Origin: Mobula hypostoma
Taxonomy: Eukaryota
NCBI RefSeq assembly: GCF_963921235.1
Contig: NC_086097.1
Span: 220,164,001-220,228,000, forward strand
Reading direction: 5' to 3'
DNA: 64,000 nucleotides
Shown: positions 61,650 through 64,000 of the stretch, piece by piece
Layout of the letters: each line of letters starts with the position of its first letter
How positions within the stretch are numbered: the first letter of the stretch is position 1
Notes under the pieces: model-generated
Seen by the model: the letters and a program-made list of their open reading frames with translations, nothing else
Told to the model about the DNA's origin: nothing
The model's database searches: none
Translations under genes and position numbers: made by a program

Positions 61650-62469
61650 TCATCATCATCAGGTGCCATGCCCAGTTTGAGCTTTGAATGCCATGGCCCA
61701 CACACTCCTGTTTCAGGTCAAGTGGATCAATTCATTGGTATTCATTTCCAGTTCTCTGGCTGCTGGCTCCATCATCATTTGTCTTTGCCTTCCTCTTGTT
61801 TTCTTCCCTTCAATCTTTCCCATAATTACCGTGCATTTTAAATCCTCTTTTCTAATCACATGTCCAATGAAGTTACGTTGCCTTTTCATGATCTCCTACG
61901 TTATTTCTCTTTTTGTGCTTGCTCTGTTCATAACATCCTCGTTAGATATTCGTTTCATCCATGATATTCTTTGCATCCTCCTCAAAAACCACATCTCTGC
62001 TGCTTCAATTTGTTTCCTCATGTTACTAGATATTGTCCAACATTCTTATCCATATAACATAACTGGATAAACGTAACATTTCAGTACTCTGAGGCGGGTT
62101 GTCATGCCTAGTTTAGTGTTGGTCATTATACTCTTCATTCTCGTAAAGGTGTCTTTTGCCATCCCTATTCTTCTTTTGATGTCCATGTCACACCTGCCAT
62201 CTGATGTCACCCAGCTTCCAAAGTAGCAAAAGTTCTGTACTTGTTTTATGTCTTCCCCATTTATTCTCAGCCTGCAGATAGGATTCTCCTTCTTTTTGGA
62301 TATCACCATACATTCTCTCTTTCTGCGATTGATAGGTAGACCCATTTTTTCACTTTCTTCAACAATTTTATTAATTGTTTTGTAGTTCTTCCTCCATACT
62401 TGCAATTAACACAGTGTCATCCGCATATCTGAAACTATTGCTGTTTTCACCGCCAACTTCAATTCCAAC
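61650..62469 (-). mobile_element. 5'-truncated RTE-clade LINE
   Basis: FRYADD, QVQNFCYFGSWVTSDGRCDMDIKRRIGMAK..VYPVMLYG, a (GAT)n tail and TSD TCTGATGCA (61641-61649, 62470-62478). Confidence 0.9.
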
Positions 62470-62496
62470 TCTGATGCAGAATAAAATATTGAAGCC

Positions 62497-62876
62497 CTCT
62501 GTTGGTCAGGGTTGATAATGGATTTTGCGTTCTAGTTGCCTACATGATTCGCAAGCCAGGGCAGTATGATACGGAGAACAAGCTGTTGCCCATGCAGCAG
62601 GCTCCCCATCTCCACACAGCTGATGAATCCAAAGGAACGGCAGAGACCAACACACTGTGGCACCAGCGGCATCGCAGGAGTTACCAGTCAGAACGGTGGA
62701 CTGCCTTCGGGACACCAGCTCCAGGTTTCTCCTTGGGGTTTACTCCTGAAGCCTTCCCCATGAATGGATATAACCACAAGGCGGTGGAAGTTTGAGATCA
62801 GAGTTTTCCTTCTCTAGGTGAGCTGCCAACCATAGCTGATGAGCCCATCTGCACAAACCAACTGGTTTTAAGGCAT
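62497..62876 (-). mobile_element. Non-autonomous element, same family as 12495-13075
   Basis: Reverse-complement similarity to about 12680-13070. Confidence 0.6.
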
Positions 62877-62894
62877 GTAGATGTCTTTTCAGCA

Positions 62895-63085
62895 TCATAG
62901 GAAGTCATTCCTGCCTGGGGCCATCAAACTTTACAACTCTCCCTTGGAGGGTCAGACACCCTGAGCCAATAGGCTGGTCCTGGACTTATTTCCTGGCATA
63001 ATTTACATATTACTATTTAATTACTTATGATGCAACTGTAACAAAAACCAATTTCCCCTGAGATTAATAAAGTATGACTATGACT
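62895..63085 (+). mobile_element. Rex1 3' UTR fragment, same family as 42446
   Basis: cccttggagggtcagacaccctgagccaataggctggtcctggacttatttcctggca...aataaagtatgactatgac. Confidence 0.85.
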
Positions 63086-63761
63086 GCTACATAGCCCCCT
63101 TCCTCATAGGAGTGGAATAAATAGTCCGTGAGCAGGGTGGGTGGAATCATTGTTTAACTATTAAAACTTAAACAATTTTATTTAACTTGTTTAATAAAAT
63201 AACATTTTCCTTTGGTTATCAGAATATCATTTCTGGGAAATTATTTTCAATGTTGAATAGTTAGATGAATTGCAGTCATATGCTAGCTGGTCAAACCATC
63301 TCAACTGTTCAAGGAGAGATGGGATTGTGAGCTGCTGTGCCTGTGTATTTGAGATCTTACTGTACCACATGCTGTAATGCGTACACTGATGTTCAGTTGA
63401 GAGGCAGTGTGTTTGATAAAGGAAATTCTGTTCTTGATGTACCTCTGCAGCGGCATTATAGAAAGCCATTGGCAGCAGACTGGGTCTGAAACTTGACAGC
63501 AGCAGCTAAGTGATTTAGCACAATGAAACTGGCAATGGAGATCTCAGAAAAAGTGTGGAGAGAAGTCATGTAACTGGAAACCTAGAGATGTGGAAATCTG
63601 AAATAGAAACAGAAAATGCAGGAAATGAGACTATAAGACATGGGAGCAAAATTAGGCCATTCAGCCCATTGAGTCTTCTCTGCCAATGCTCAACAGGTCA
63701 GGCAACATCTCAGGTCAAAACCCCATCATCAGAGTGGGAAAGAAGGAGCCAAGTTAGATGT

Positions 63762-64000
63762 TACAAAGAAGCAGCTGATAATGGACAACCTTGTCTAGTT
63801 GACCTTTTTAACTGGAATGGTGTTGAAATTTGATTATTTGTCACTATTTTAGTGTTAGGATTAGTGTTTAAGGTTTTAATCCAGTTTATAAAAGGTACTC
63901 CTAACCCATATTTTTCTAATACTTTAAATAAAAAATCCCATTCCAATCTATCAAATGCTTTTTCTGCATCCAAGGCTACTACCATACTCATTTCCTCCCT
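63762..64000 (-). mobile_element. L1-clade LINE RT fragment (continues beyond the window)
   Basis: ALDAEKAFDRLEWDFLFKVLEKYG..FINWIK..TRQGCPLS. Confidence 0.9.

Overview
Repeat-rich vertebrate genomic DNA. The repeat spectrum (CR1, Rex1/Babar, RTE, Penelope, V-SINEs) suggests a cartilaginous fish, probably a ray; this is inference. The only host gene recognised is the first coding exon of an SLCO5A1 (OATP5A1)-type transporter on the minus strand (33798-33018), set in a CpG island. Positions 1-33017 are then probably intron and those above about 34400 upstream or 5' intron. The rest is mostly nested transposons: a young full-length CsRn1-type Gypsy element (3034-7412), a near-intact CR1 ORF2 (43901-47006), a full-length Buster/Charlie hAT transposon (48252-50890), a MER2-like Tigger, a Vingi LINE, two solo LTRs and a 718-bp tandem duplication. 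I see no convincing wholly new system. The best leads are candidate self-cleaving ribozymes (minimal hammerheads in Penelope repeats, an HDV-like fold at an RTE 5' end), uORFs ahead of SLCO5A1 including one in frame and blocked by a single TGA, and possible horizontally transferred transposons. Family names come from my recall of motifs, not database searches. Boundaries without a stated TSD are approximate.
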